From positions 14,820,001-14,884,000 of the forward strand of contig CM119372.1 in NCBI GenBank assembly GCA_051294905.1: a stretch of 64,000 nt of DNA, written 5' to 3'. Shown here one piece after another: positions 1-12,427 of the stretch. Both the position numbers and the translations under genes were made by a program. The notes under the pieces were generated by a model. It made no database searches and had not been told where the DNA came from. It saw only the letters and a list, made by a program, of their open reading frames with translations. The stretch comes from Botryllus schlosseri. Its lineage: Eukaryota. The stretch's first letter is position 1; every line of letters starts with the position of its first letter.

Positions 1-69
1 ATTAGATTACTGGCATTTCGCTCTAATTTAGTGAAAGTAGACAACTAGAATTATCTAGTTGTCCAAGTC
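1..69 (-). mobile_element. End of a CTAATT-repeat hAT-derived element (family L) in the UNC93-like intron
   Basis: Reverse complement matches GACTTGGACAACTAGATAATTCTAGTTG... at 31371 and 32761. Confidence 0.75.
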
Positions 70-281
70 GGGTCATAAGTAGCATTGTATACACCTATAA
101 TATACATTTCTATTCAACTGTTGTCCATAATATTATAAAGAGCATACTCTGTGAAGCGTGCAAGGTCTCCGTTGACCATATACCAAAACTTACTATTAAT
201 AGTAATAATAGTATTACTAATAATTAATAATAGAATTATAGGATAAAAATCCAGCTCGGGCTGCGTCTCGCTTTCTCTTAC

Positions 282-652
282 TTGCATGGAGGTTAATTGC
301 AAGAAAAATAAAATGTCCGAGTTCACCGCACCAAACGCACGTTTTCGCTCCATATCGCCGAATAAGTAACGGTAAGAAGAAAAGTGATAAAGTAGCTCCA
401 GATAGATATATACATGCGACAGCACCTGTTCCTGCAAAATAGGGTCATTCAATTCTTTCCAAGGAGGGCGGTGCGTGTCCAGTCCATGCAGGTCACCATT
501 CCACCAGACTTACCTAAGCCTTCTTCTACGTTTATACTGGATTGAAGACTCAGGAGAGATCCATAGGAAGAATAGACAAAGAATACTCCAACTGCCCACA
601 GATAAAATCTTCTCCACAGAGTCTTCGTACTCGAACGCTTTTCCGATGTCAT
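282..652 (-). CDS. UNC93A: UNC-93-like MFS membrane protein, exons 1-2 (gene continues beyond the left window edge)
   Basis: Exon 1 652-514 (ATG..G|GTAAG), 82-nt intron, exon 2 431-282 (TTTTGCAG|..A|GTAAG). Joined translation MTSEKRSSTKTLWRRFYLWAVGVFFVYSSYGSLLSLQSSINVEEGLGTGAVACIYLSGATLSLFFLPLLIRRYGAKTCVWCGELGHFIFLAINLHA matches the UNC-93 N-terminal pattern (YG-L-SLQSS-N-EEGLG...P-LI-R-G-K). Family-level call; orthology not tested. Confidence 0.85.
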
Positions 653-1429
653 AACTACTCGCGGTTATAGCGATTTATTCTAGTAATTGTTGCCCAGAAA
701 AGCGGTCAGGATTGGCTTTTAGTCGATTTCAAGTTCTTAGTTTAACATATTCCGATCGCTTTTTTCCGACCTCCCTGCTTATTATCCATACGCCTGAATC
801 TGCATAAAATGGCAGTTTGTAATTATCAAACATTTTCAGACTCAACTAAACATTTAAAATTAAGACTTTCCAGGTGATACTCGGCTTATAGCAATTTTGT
901 ACCCGGGATAACGGCGGGATTAACTGTGTACGCGTTATGCAGTCCGTAACCTCGAAAATTATCTGTTGCGTGCTTCAAATTCAATTAGTATACCCCCGTC
1001 GCGTCGGGCAACAATACAAAAGAAGCACGTTTTAGAGCTTCAGTTGAGAGCACCAGTGTACCTTTTTCTGTAGTCGCGCGTCAAGAAATTCATATAGAGG
1101 ATTACATTTTATCTATAGTATTGGTAATTTCATACATTGCAATTAATTTTACCCTCTCTCAGTCTTGGTGGGTCGTGGAGCGGTAATGGCCGGAACCGAT
1201 TTTTTAAATATGCGTATTTTTGCTTGGGCACGGAGGTTATAACCATAGTAATAGATAATAAATTTCATTGAATCGCGCGAGGCGCGAAGAAAATCCTGAA
1301 ATATCAATCTCCCACAAAATACACTATAATTTATGCGGCAGTGCAGCAGTTACGGCCCTAATCATTACATAACCATTTGATGCATGATTACGACATTATG
1401 CTGTGTCTGCTAAAAATGCATGCATGCAA

Positions 1430-2410
1430 CTGTGTTGGGATGACTCGAGTCATGACTTGACTCGAGTCAGACTCGAGTCACTTTTTCGTATGACTTGACT
1501 TCACTCGAGTCACTTTGCTAAAATGACTTGACTTGACTTGACTCGGCGTATCAGAAATATGGATTGACTCGTGACTCGGAGCAAAATTCACGAGTCAATT
1601 TCAAGTCATCAAGTAATCGGTGTCGATAAAATCACTGTATCTTGCGCATGCTCGGATTGTTCGCGAAACGCTGGTGTAACCCGTGAGAGCGACCAATCAT
1701 TCAATGATCGTGCGTTTTACTGAGCCGCCATTGTTCCATCACAAATATATTGATCGCAAACGAAGTGATCGTAGCTTACAGCCTACGTTGACGTAAACTA
1801 TAGTATGGTTAAGTAATTTAATAGCAAAAGGTATATTTCTGTTCTGTGTTCTTAACCTAACCAAACCTCTTGTTTTCTTGTTTAATTGAAATTGAATTCG
1901 AAAATAGTTTATATAGTCCTTAACCACAGCAGGCTCGAATTGTATCATATCAATTTGCAAAAGGGTGATGTATTGCATCTTATCAATTCGTTTCTCTGTT
2001 CTCTATTTTGGCTGGTAACTATAAACTGAGGCTGTGCAATTACTTACGTAGTTTATTAGTTCTACTTATATGTGAGCGATACAGCGCCTTACTTGCGTGT
2101 ATATTTAACTCTATATCCCTTCATCGGTTCAAAGTGAATGACCACTCAATCTATATTTCAGACAGCTAGCAAAGTACAATGACGTAATCACGCCTCATAC
2201 CTCGAAAAGGCAATTTGACTTGAATTGTGACTTGACTCGTGACTTGACTTGACTTGACTCGACTTGACTCGAGTCACCTCCAAAAATCGACTGACTTGAC
2301 TTGACTCGAGTCACCTTCAAAAATCGATTGACTTGACTTGACTCGAGTCAAAATGTGCATTGACTCGAAATGACTCTTGACTCGAAGGTAGTGACTTGAT
2401 CCCAACACTG
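1430..2410. mobile_element. hAT-type MITE with GACTCGAGTC/GACTT subterminal repeats
   Basis: TIR CTGTGTTGGGA / TCCCAACACTG; 8-bp TSD GCATGCAA (1422-1429, 2411-2418). Confidence 0.85.
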
Positions 2411-4741
2411 GCATGCAAAAGTCATTGATAGATCCATTAAAGTCTTCAACTAATGGAGCGAACCTCCAAATACTAAATCCGCAAATATATATAGTCAATA
2501 TCACCGCCGTCGTCGTCAGGTGTAGGCCTATTCTTGATATGTTCAATATCTTGGATTTTGATATCTCCGCTTCATTTCACATGGTCAGTCAGCTACTGTA
2601 AAACTGCCTCGATACGTTTTACCGTCAAATGCGAAGTTGTTCGGTTCAATTGAACTCGATGTGTCTTTAATGCAAATCAATTTTGCTTGGAGAACCGCAC
2701 GATTCGTCCTGACTCAAGCCTATACTTAACATAGGTCCAACAGCCAACCGGTGTATCTTGCTCGACTGATAACGGTTGACAATCAACGGTATACTTCCCG
2801 AAATTATCTGTAATACCATGCGAAAGTATTCAGTAATTCCCAACGGTCTGTTTCAATGTACCGTCTAACTGTGGGCTGTCTTTATTGAGCTTGTATTACC
2901 GATTTCCGGTTTCTAGCCAACGCGAAAGGGGTTCATGAGCGCCAGCGAGCGATTAATTTCTCGTCATGTATGAGTCGACATCAGTGGTGACTACTGGCTT
3001 GGCTACCCATCGAATTGGAAAGCTTTCCAAAATCGTTGTTCTGTTGATATTTGTTCAATTGGATGTCATATTTCATTTACCCAAATCTTTTAATGATTGG
3101 ATATGACTATGTAATTTGCCCCATTTGTATTCTACCGACGGACCGACTAGCTTTCTAGCTCGCGGTCCGCATTCAACATTTATATCCATTCACGGGTCGC
3201 ACTATATCCCAGTCAACAAAATGGGAAGCCATCGCCCGGCGTATCATACGCTTTCGATGGCAAGATGATGCTTCAAAATATACACTTTTTGCACTTCAGC
3301 GCTTGGCTCATTAACCCTTTCATTGCCGCGCATTAACCCGCTCGCTACTACAGCTTACAACCGCTATTAACTAGGGATGGTGTGAACCCCTGAAAGGTTC
3401 AGGTTCGTGTGAACGCGAACCTTTTTGAAAGGTTCTGTGTAAACGCGAATGTGAACCTCATGACGTCACGTAGCGACGACTCGGGCCACATAATGTAATG
3501 CCACAATGCTGAAGTACATATTGACGTTTTGAACGTCGCCAAATGTATCTACTTGGAAAAGCAAATAATATAATCATCCTATAAAATCAATATCTTCTTT
3601 GCCAACAATTTCGACGAGAACTTGCCAGGGAATGTAAGCCTATGGCTTAACGGCCTAGGCCAGACCGGACAATGTACTCGGCGTCTGAGTATTGCTACTT
3701 TCATATTTAGCAGGATGTAAAACGGGTTTCTATTCTTGTTACCGGTATTACCCCATTAACAAGTTATACAGCAGTAGCCAACACCCCAATCGCACGGATT
3801 TGGTTGTTATGATACAATAAACATATGCAATCAAGATTGACCCCGTAAAAGCGTGCTAGATTTTTTACATCAGACAACGATATCAATTTCAATGATTGGT
3901 TAAATAAGCACCATTCGCTGACTACCTACATGCAGTGTGTCGCTCTTGATTTCATGTGATTGCGGGTCAAGCTCAGAGCGGAGACACAAACGGAAACCTG
4001 GCTATTTCGAGCAAATTTTTGCAACAAAGTATGTTAAATTTTTAAGATTTTCATGGTGCATGATCGTTTAGTGTTGATTTTTCTATGCTGCCAACACCAT
4101 GGATAGAGTGGACCGCAGAAATGCAATAAATTGATGTTATAATGAAATGAACGATGTTATAATGAAGTGAAAATTGCAGATGTGGTCAAAGCAGTCAAGA
4201 AAGCTACTCAAGTATAAGTGGAAGTAGCGACGAAAAAATCTACTGAAGTTCGAGTAGAAGTACTTTTTTCATAAGCAACCTAAAAATACTTGAAGTAGAA
4301 GTAGAATTGACTGATTATTATCTACTTAAGTAAGTAAGTAGTTGTGAAAGCGATCGTAATTCGTTCGCATGGATTGTCAAAAGCTGCATATTGAGCTATG
4401 CGAAACTTGTAAAGTTTGATTCATGTTGATGCATACCAGGAGGTATCCAATTTTCGACAGCACAAGCATTTGTCCGCATCATGGGACGAAAATGATAGTA
4501 TTGATATGGAAATGCGGTACTAATCCTCTCCCCGTTTTAGAAACTATCCTGGTATGGCACCCTCCCCCATAATACAATGCCTGTAGTTTAGTCGAAGAGC
4601 AATACGGAGAAGTTGTACCGGATACGGTGTAAACACTTTGCGCGATTAGTAAACGTTAATAAAAAATTTGGTGGATCGTAAAAATGCCATATTGTATAGC
4701 TTTATTTCAGGAAATTAAAGGCATTACTACACTTGCTTTTA

Positions 4742-5458
4742 GTGGCGAGATAGCGTAGTGGTATAATTGGGGTTGCATTTAAAAGAAAAATCAATTTAAA
4801 ACAAACATGTTCAAAACAAGGCCCTAATTTAAAACATGTTTTTTATTGTTTTTTTTACTATTTTTTATTAAGCCACGACGTCACGAGTATTCAATTGTGA
4901 CGTAATAATAATTCGACATTGACAATTGAAAATATAGGGTAAATATAGCTCCTTTAACGAAATATCTGTACTAACAGTGTTGAACCGACTATTTTGAGGG
5001 CTCCAACCATCCAATATCGATATACGTCGGCTAAATCGGGTGGTAAGTGTCCGTAGGCTCATGCAATATGTTCTTGGGAAGTATTTACACAATTATGGCG
5101 TAATTTTACAACTTAAAGAAAACACAATTTTGTTTTGTTAAAGGCCTTTGCTTAAAACACAGTTTAAAACTTGTTTTAAAACACCGTTTGTTTTAAATGC
5201 AACACTGGGTATAATCCACAGCCACAAAAACCAATCGCTTGTTGGTTCGAGTCCGACCGAGGTCGGCTCCAGGATTCTTACTTAAGTGTTGGAGGTTCAT
5301 CTAGGCTTCTCCTCGCCATCTCATCCACGTAAGCTGTGGCTTGCAAAAAGCCTAGAAGTGGGCCGTGCTAAAAGTCGGCAGATATGGAATCGAAAATTAG
5401 AAATATCGGTCATATTAGTCGACAAACACCATGAATACCACAAAACAACAACAACAAT
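4742..5458 (+). mobile_element. tRNA-derived SINE interrupted by a MITE (4768-5207)
   Basis: A box TAGCGTAGTGG, B box GGTTCGAGTCC, (CAA)n tail, 11-bp TSD ACTTGCTTTTA. The inner MITE has TIR ..GTTGCATTTAAAA and TSD GGTATAAT. Confidence 0.85.
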
Positions 5459-5957
5459 ACTTGCTTTTACACTTCAACATGTATGTCCCTCAGACAAAAG
5501 AACTGAAATTAATTAGAACTCAAACAGGAGTATCTAGAACTGAATGTTAAAGATGATTGCTGAAGGGGGCGTAGAGAGCAGGACAGATTCGACAAGGTAC
5601 AGAGCAGGGCTGGGCAAATGACGGCCCGCAACACCGCTTTGTGCTTCAAGAAACATTTTAAAAATAATGATAAAATCATATTATTGCAGCTACTTGAAGA
5701 AACTTTATTTTTTTCAATTTACCATCGGCACCGAAAAATCGCGACTCGAGTTCTCAGGGATATCTGGAACTTCTAGATATCTCTGAACTCAAAGTAATGA
5801 TACTGGGAATTGAAAGAGAAATATGAATACTACTTCTAAAATCGGAGAATATATGTCATGTCTTTAGTCCAGAAAGTTTCAAAGGTGGTATGCTAAGACG
5901 GGTCTAAAGCTAAAAAAAGTCAGAGTCTACTTTTCCAGATTAGGACATGGCATGGAC

Positions 5958-6542
5958 CAGGGTTGTAATGACTCGAGTCATGACTCGACTCGAGTCACGA
6001 TTTTCTGATGACTCGACTTGACTCGAGTCATTTTCTCAAAATGCGGAAATGACTAGACTCGACTCGAGTCAATTTCTGTATTGACTCGACTTGGACTCGA
6101 GTCATTGTGCATGACTCGAGCCAAGTCATATGACTCGAGACGCTGACCGCCAAGACCGACATTTCATTGTAATTTCGAAGAATAGTATAGTAACCACACT
6201 ATTTGGATTTCGTCTATTGGTACCGGTACTTGAAAATGCGACCAGAAACTGCTAAAAGTGAGGAAAATTAGTATATTATGAATGCGAACCATTAGATATC
6301 ACCAAAGAGAGTTATAAAAGGTGGGTTTAATATGACACGAACAGGAATCTGAGCAGTCAACACAATGACTCGGACTCGACTCGAGTCATAATACCGTGAC
6401 TCAGACTCGACCCTATTTTCGCTGACTAGGACTCGGACTTGACTCGGTGGTGAATTGAAAATGACTCGACTTGACTCGAGTCACAACTATAAAACTGAGA
6501 TTGACTTGTGACTCGGTGCCTTGTGACTTGGTTACAACCCTG
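5958..6542. mobile_element. GACTCGAGTC-repeat MITE, family C
   Basis: TIR CAGGGTTGTAA / TTACAACCCTG; imperfect TSD G(C)ATGGAC. Similar copies at 16764 and 63292. Confidence 0.85.
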
Positions 6543-7227
6543 GATGGACTGCTAGATTACATGTTAAGTAAATGCTAGATTGCGAGGTATCAGTTTCAAA
6601 CGTTATGATGGGACTAGGGACATATATACTGTGACGAAATATTTCATATGGGCGACAATGCGGTGTGAACGGAACCATGCAACCCGCCACCTTAATTGTA
6701 TTCACCGATAATTTCGTGAAATCATATTGGTCACTCCAATCCTCTACTTCTACTTGACAAGCTGAAAATGGCGAAGAGTAAGTAAGTCGATCACAAAATA
6801 TTACGAAGTAGAAGTAGCGGGAAATCATATCTACTTGAGTAAGTACCCAAGTAGTGGAAAAGTACTTGAGTACTTCAAAAAAGTAGAAATAGTTCGTTAC
6901 TGACCACCTCTGGAAAATTGTAATATATGAAAAAGGTTCACAGTGCAGCACCTACCAAGGTTCGTTTGTGAACGCGAGCCACTTAATTTCTGAGGTTCAT
7001 ACACAGAACGCGAACGTGAACCTCACGTTCACACCATCCCTACTATTAACCCAATCGCTACCTCAATCATTGTTGCTTTCTGGCATACATATTGAGCCTT
7101 ATGTTTCAAAACATCACAATTTGACAATGTGTTTTCATTGTCGTGTTAGTTACAATAAAACCACGATCAAACATACGGAATACCGCTCAAATACAGACAG
7201 ACAGTCATATAAAATGCATGGAACAAC

Positions 7228-8620
7228 CAGAGGTGGTCAGTAACGAAGTACATCTACTTTTTCGAAGTAATCAAGTAGTTATTCTCTACTTCTGGTACTT
7301 ACTCAAGTACATCTGATTCTCGCTACTTCTACTTCTACTTCGTAATATTTTGTGATCTACTTACTTACTTTTCGCTATTTTCAGTTTGTCAAGTAGAAGT
7401 AGATTAACCCTTCAATCACGAAGAGGGCCTAAGGAGTTTCGGGGCTGTTTTCACGGAGTATCAAATTTAATTTTCATAAAAGTTGAGTCAAGCCCAGAAT
7501 TTTCGTCGCGCTTCGCGCTCAGTGGATACGGAGAAGCCGCTTCGCGCTCAGTGGATACGGAGAAGCCAGCATGATTTCACGAAAGTATCGGCGAATATAA
7601 TTTTGGTGGCGGGTTGGCGTGGTTCCGTTCACACCGAATTGTCGCCCTTTGCCCATATTAAATATTTCATCACAGTATATATGGCTCATCATAACGTTTG
7701 AAACTGATGTTTCGCAATCTAGCATTTACTTATCAAATCGTGATCTAGCAGTCCGTGGCGTGTCCTGATCTGGAAAAGTGGACTCGGACTTTTTTTTTAC
7801 TTTTAGAGCTGTTTTAGCATACCACCTTCGAAACTTTCTTGACTAAAGACATGAAATACATTTTCCGCCTTTAGAAGTAGTATTTATATTTCACTTTCAC
7901 TTCCCAGTATCATATACTTTGAGCTCTAATTAATATCAGTTCTTTTGTCTGGAAACATACATGTTGATGTTTTTTGTTTGTTTTGTTTTGTGGTATCCAT
8001 GGTGTTTGTCGACTACTATAGCCATTTACACCAGGCCGATATCCTTCATTTTTATTCCGTAACTGCCTACTTATAGCACCGCTTACGCGGATGAGGCGGC
8101 GAGGTGGCGAGGAGGAGCCTAGATAAACCTCCAACACTTAGGTATAAGAAATCTGAAGACGACCTCGGTCGGACTCGAACCCGCAACCCATTGGTGTTGC
8201 AGCCGCGGAGTATACCACTGCGCTATCTCGCCACCTTACATGTTGAAGTATAAAAGCAAGTGTAGTGTAGCCTTTAATTTTCGGGAATAAAGCTACACAA
8301 CATTGCATTTTTACGATCCACCATATTTTTTACTAATCGCGCAACTGTTTACACCGTATCCGATACAACTTCGCCGTATTGCTCTTCGACTATACAACGG
8401 GCCTTATAATATGGGGGAGTGCGCGATACCATGATATTTTCTAAAACGTGCTGTTCGATCAAAAATAGGATTAGTATCGCATTTCCATATCAATACTATC
8501 ATTTTCATCCCATGAAGCGGAAGAATGCTTATGCTGTCGAAAATTGAATACCTCCTGGTATGCATCAATATGATTCAAACTCGGCAGTCGGCACCCTTCG
8601 CATAGCTCAATTTCCACCTT
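7228..8620 (-). mobile_element. Family B copy (inverted, truncated) containing a SINE at 7968-8236
   Basis: Starts CAGAGGTGGTCAGTAACG; reverse complement of the 50787-52026 copy. SINE TSD TACATGTTGA (7958-7967, 8237-8246). End coordinate approximate. Confidence 0.8.
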
Positions 8621-9588
8621 TTGACAATTCATGAGAACATAGAATGAATTTATCTAACATACTCGCGAATCGGTTTTTCCAAGTACAGCACTAAAAGTAA
8701 TAAACTTGCCCTTGATGTCAATTTAAAATCACACTCATGGTCCGAATTACGTCATTTACGCTTCACTTTCTGTGATGCTTAGCAATTGAAACCTTTCAAA
8801 ATGCATGGGCCTCGAGGTCGGGCTATCGCGCCATCAATGCTATAAAAATATTACTATGATAAGAATATAACCAATCATTATCATGTTGAAATATGTTAAG
8901 AAAAAGTTTAATCAAGTACCCACAGTAATTTGATTTTTAGTACGCATTTTATCAATACTTTTACGTGTCTTGAGGATTTCGCGGGCCGCACAAAACGACG
9001 TCGCGGGCCGTAGTTTTCCCACCCATGAGGTCTGTGGCATAAATGAAAGTATTTGAATTACTTATTGTCCGGCCAAATTTTGAAAATTGGGAAGTAGATG
9101 ATTAATTACCGGTTTCATTTGGCTTCATTTTGAAAACTTTGCCTGTATTGGGATCATCTATTGAAGGAAAAATAATACTATCATTGAAATGTATAGAAAT
9201 GTGTTCATCTGCTGCCATCTGTCCCGAGGCATAATGTTGGCAACCGTGTGAGGGCTATACCCCTATGGGTTCGTCAAAGTGAAATATCAACAACTTTTCC
9301 AATTTCTCGAAAAAAAAATCCCCATGATACTCCCTGCTCAGATAAAAAAAACTTTTGACCTGGTTCTTTGAATTGAGTTAAATCCATAAGGAGCATCACG
9401 AGACAAAAGCACTAAAAATTTTTGCCAGGAATAGTTTTGCGAATAATTAGTTTCAAAAATCATAAAAGTCAATGAAAGTCAGAAAAACGTCGACCATTTT
9501 CCATCAAAGTTGGGATGTCAGTCAAAACACCTTGAGTTCGAATTTTAGAAAGATTGCTTCCTTAGTTTTTAAGTTATAGGTCTATCAC

Positions 9589-10941
9589 CAGGCCGTGTTA
9601 TTTTGGGCATTTCAGGAGCCAGATGCCCAAACTGCCAAAAATAAAAATTTGAAAATGTCAAAAATAACCAATTTTTGGCATATGCCAAAAATAAAACGGC
9701 CTGCCAATAGTGTGTTTTGTTCATGGTGTTGTGTTAACAGGACCACGTTACAAGCGAGAAGAGCGTGTGTGAAGGGCAGGTTTCTTAATCTGGGTCTAGC
9801 CTACCCATTAGGGGTGTAAGCATGTTGTCCTAAATGGTGTGGGCACAGCGAGATTGAACGGCTGACTGCATTTGGTTTAAGTCATACTTTCCATTTGTTC
9901 AAAGGCAATTTTACGGCCATTTTTGACCGGCTTGCCGAGCGCTAAATTTGATAAAACGGTATAAATGGAAAGCTGCCGCTGCACTGATTACTAAAATATA
10001 AATTGGTTTCTGCTCATGGATCTGGAACCCCCAAATTCAACCACGATTTTCGCATTGTGATCGATTCGGACATTGTGACGCAACAAACTGTCTGGCTATT
10101 TCTGAGCTGCAGTCTCGTTTTGCCAGACAGTCTTGTTGCGTTAATGTTCTTAAACAAGCTAACCTTCCCAGGACTCTTCCATGTGAGTTGGTAATATTAA
10201 AGCCATCTGAAGTTACAAAAGTCCTCCGAAAATATGTCGGTAAACTTGAAGGAGATGGGTTGGTCGGGCTACAAAATAGAATGTGTCGAGAGACAACACA
10301 GGAAACTCCTGGAAAAGTATCGGGAAGAAAATTCTTTCCGCGCTGAGATCGATGGCACCAGCGAAGTGATCTCTTTTCATGATGCTTGGAAGCCGGTTCG
10401 GCCCTCCGAAAATTTTGAAGGTCTGAAAACCTTTTGTGGAGGACTGGCAACATTCTCTCCCTCAACGGCTACTGTTGAAGCCGATATTTCCCAGATTCGT
10501 AGGGCGAAAAATGAATTCAGGAGAAACTTAGCTGACTCAAGTTCAGAAGCACTGTTACAGTGCAAACAATTTAAGTCTATTCAACAGCTATGACAATCAG
10601 GTGTTGAGCGTGTTTGTTAGGCTTATCTTTCTTTTTGCTTATTGGCACCGATTCCGAGTGGATACTGCACATTTTGTGGTTTCGTTTGATATTATTAACC
10701 TATGTAATCGCTAGGTTTTTTCTTATTATTATTGTTTGTTGGCACTGATTATAAGTGGATGCTGCACATTTCGTGGTCTCTTTTGATAAACTGACCCAAA
10801 TAAAGCGTTTTTATGGCAAATTCGAGTCTGAAACTATCTATTTAGAGGACGATGCCAAAACCGCCAAAAATAAATATTGAAAAATGCCAAAAATAAGCTA
10901 TTTTTGGCAGTTTTGGCATATGCCAAAAATAACACGGCCTG
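9589..10941 (+). mobile_element. Internally deleted hAT-like transposon with C-terminal transposase remnant (10234-10593)
   Basis: TIR CAGGCCGTGTTATTTT / AAAATAACACGGCCTG; TSD TCTATCAC/TCTATGAC. Remnant FCGGLATFSPSTATVEADISQIRRAKNEFRRNLADSSSEALLQCKQF. Confidence 0.8.
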
Positions 10942-10979
10942 TCTATGACTGATTTTGTATTTCGAAGGGTAGCCTAGCA

Positions 10980-12408
10980 CAGTGCTCTTCAACCGGGTGT
11001 TTCGCACACCCCAGGGTGTGCAATATGGTACAATGTTCATATCAGCTGTCCGTACCATGTAAGTAACATTCCTTTTGTGATACCATATAAGCAAATGTTT
11101 CTGAGTTTCTCCCCAACATTTTAAAGTTGGTAATGGACTAAGTGGCTCCTTTTGGATTAGAACAGGATGAAATTGTTGTATGTTCCGCTTGCGATATATG
11201 TCTATAATGATTCTTGAGGAAACCATGCACAGCGAGAGCCCAGAAATAGTGAATTGGTACTATCCGCGAGATGCTTATAAATAGCGCAGTGTAGGCTACA
11301 TCATTGCAGGGGCGTGGACAGGGTGTCTCATGGAGTCGCGTTTGCAAACCAAAGTGCTAGAAGGTGGTCTGGTAACCTCGAGCCCTAATTAGTATTTAGC
11401 ATAGCAAATAAGTTGCAGCCTTGTTTATCCTTATTTCAAAGGACCAGAGGTGGCCAACCTGCGGACGCACGGTGGCATCCAGCCGTTAAACAATAATTAT
11501 GCGGCGTGTGTTGGCGACCGTCGAAATGCCATTTGAATTGGTTCCCAAATCGTTAGAAGATTTTAAACTGAGCAATTTGTTCGCGCCTCGCGCGATTCAA
11601 GGTGACTTGAGGTTTTCGTTTTTGATATAATAGCGTAATCTGAGTCCCTCCGTACAAATGCGAACCGCAGAGGAAAATGATGCATCGCGTGAAGAAATAC
11701 CAAATCGGAATAGTTACCGTCTCACGAATAAAAGTTTTACTGTTACGTTATCCGATTCCAATGTATATTTCGACTATGCTTACAATCTTGATAGGAGGTC
11801 ATAAATAACAACATCCAACAAAGGGAACAATAAAAACCGGAAGATGCATCATTATAAATTAGTGCCCAAAATTTTCGGAGACCATCAGCTCTATCGTTTA
11901 ATATGATAACGTGGGCTAAAAATGGATAAATAATATTTGACAGTAATATATGAAACAACCAATATTATCGACGAAATAAATTTTCCAGACGTCAAATGTT
12001 TTTGTGGTCCTCGCGACAAGAATGGGAATCCAGATTTATACTCGCGATTTTGGTGCATAGATATTACGCCTGCGGGGATGTTCTGCTGCTACAACTAAAA
12101 ACTTTTGTATGCAAGGCATATCTCAAGAAATGAGTGATGGCACAGAACACGTCTCCGCTTTGCGAAGTTCCGAGTAGCCAATATAACAGGAGTATACGAC
12201 GTCCAGACGGGTCACGACGACTCTCCGCCGGAATGCGACAGTATACTATACATGTATTCGAAGCACGGCCGTGAATAACACGGAGGCTAAACTCCCCTGG
12301 ATCAGGCTTAGTATACGGACGAATCAGTGAGTTATCTGGTCAGGGGTGAACGAGTTTCGAGTAAACGCTCAAAGGGTGTACCACGACGAAAAAGGTTGAA
12401 GAGCACTG
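10980..12408. mobile_element. hAT (Buster/Charlie-like) non-autonomous element
   Basis: Perfect 15-bp TIR CAGTGCTCTTCAACC; TSD GCCTAGCA (nnnTAnnn). Confidence 0.85.
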
Positions 12409-12427
12409 GCCTAGCACACCATCCCTA

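Larger units (their letters stand above)
4177..6912. mobile_element. hAT-type element, family B (AGTAGAAGTAG subrepeats), nested in A
   Basis: TIR CAGA(T/G)GTGGTCA / TGACCACCTCTG; TSD GAAAATTG (4169-4176, 6913-6920). Confidence 0.88.
3372..7042. mobile_element. hAT (Ac-like) non-autonomous element, family A (TIR TAGGGATGGTGTGAAC), with nested insertions
   Basis: Perfect TIRs; 8-bp TSD CTATTAAC (3364-3371, 7043-7050). Further copies at 12428, 15563 and about 22005/22057. Confidence 0.9.

Noticed and set aside
114..452. 112-aa ORF from the track
   Set aside because: Overlaps UNC93-like exon 2 in a different frame and runs through intron sequence; no convincing exon 3 found in 70-281.
1440..2400. 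GACTCGAGTC arrays (also 5960-6540, 16770-17280, 63300-63790) as a CRISPR-like array
   Set aside because: No constant repeat with unique spacers, no cas genes, eukaryotic context; bounded by TIRs and TSDs, so these are MITE subterminal repeats.
4742..5270. tRNA genes (also 8160-8236, 59285-59360, 52412-52475)
   Set aside because: A/B boxes are present but there is no complete cloverleaf. Where the ends can be resolved, the head continues into a shared body with tail and TSD, so these are SINE heads.
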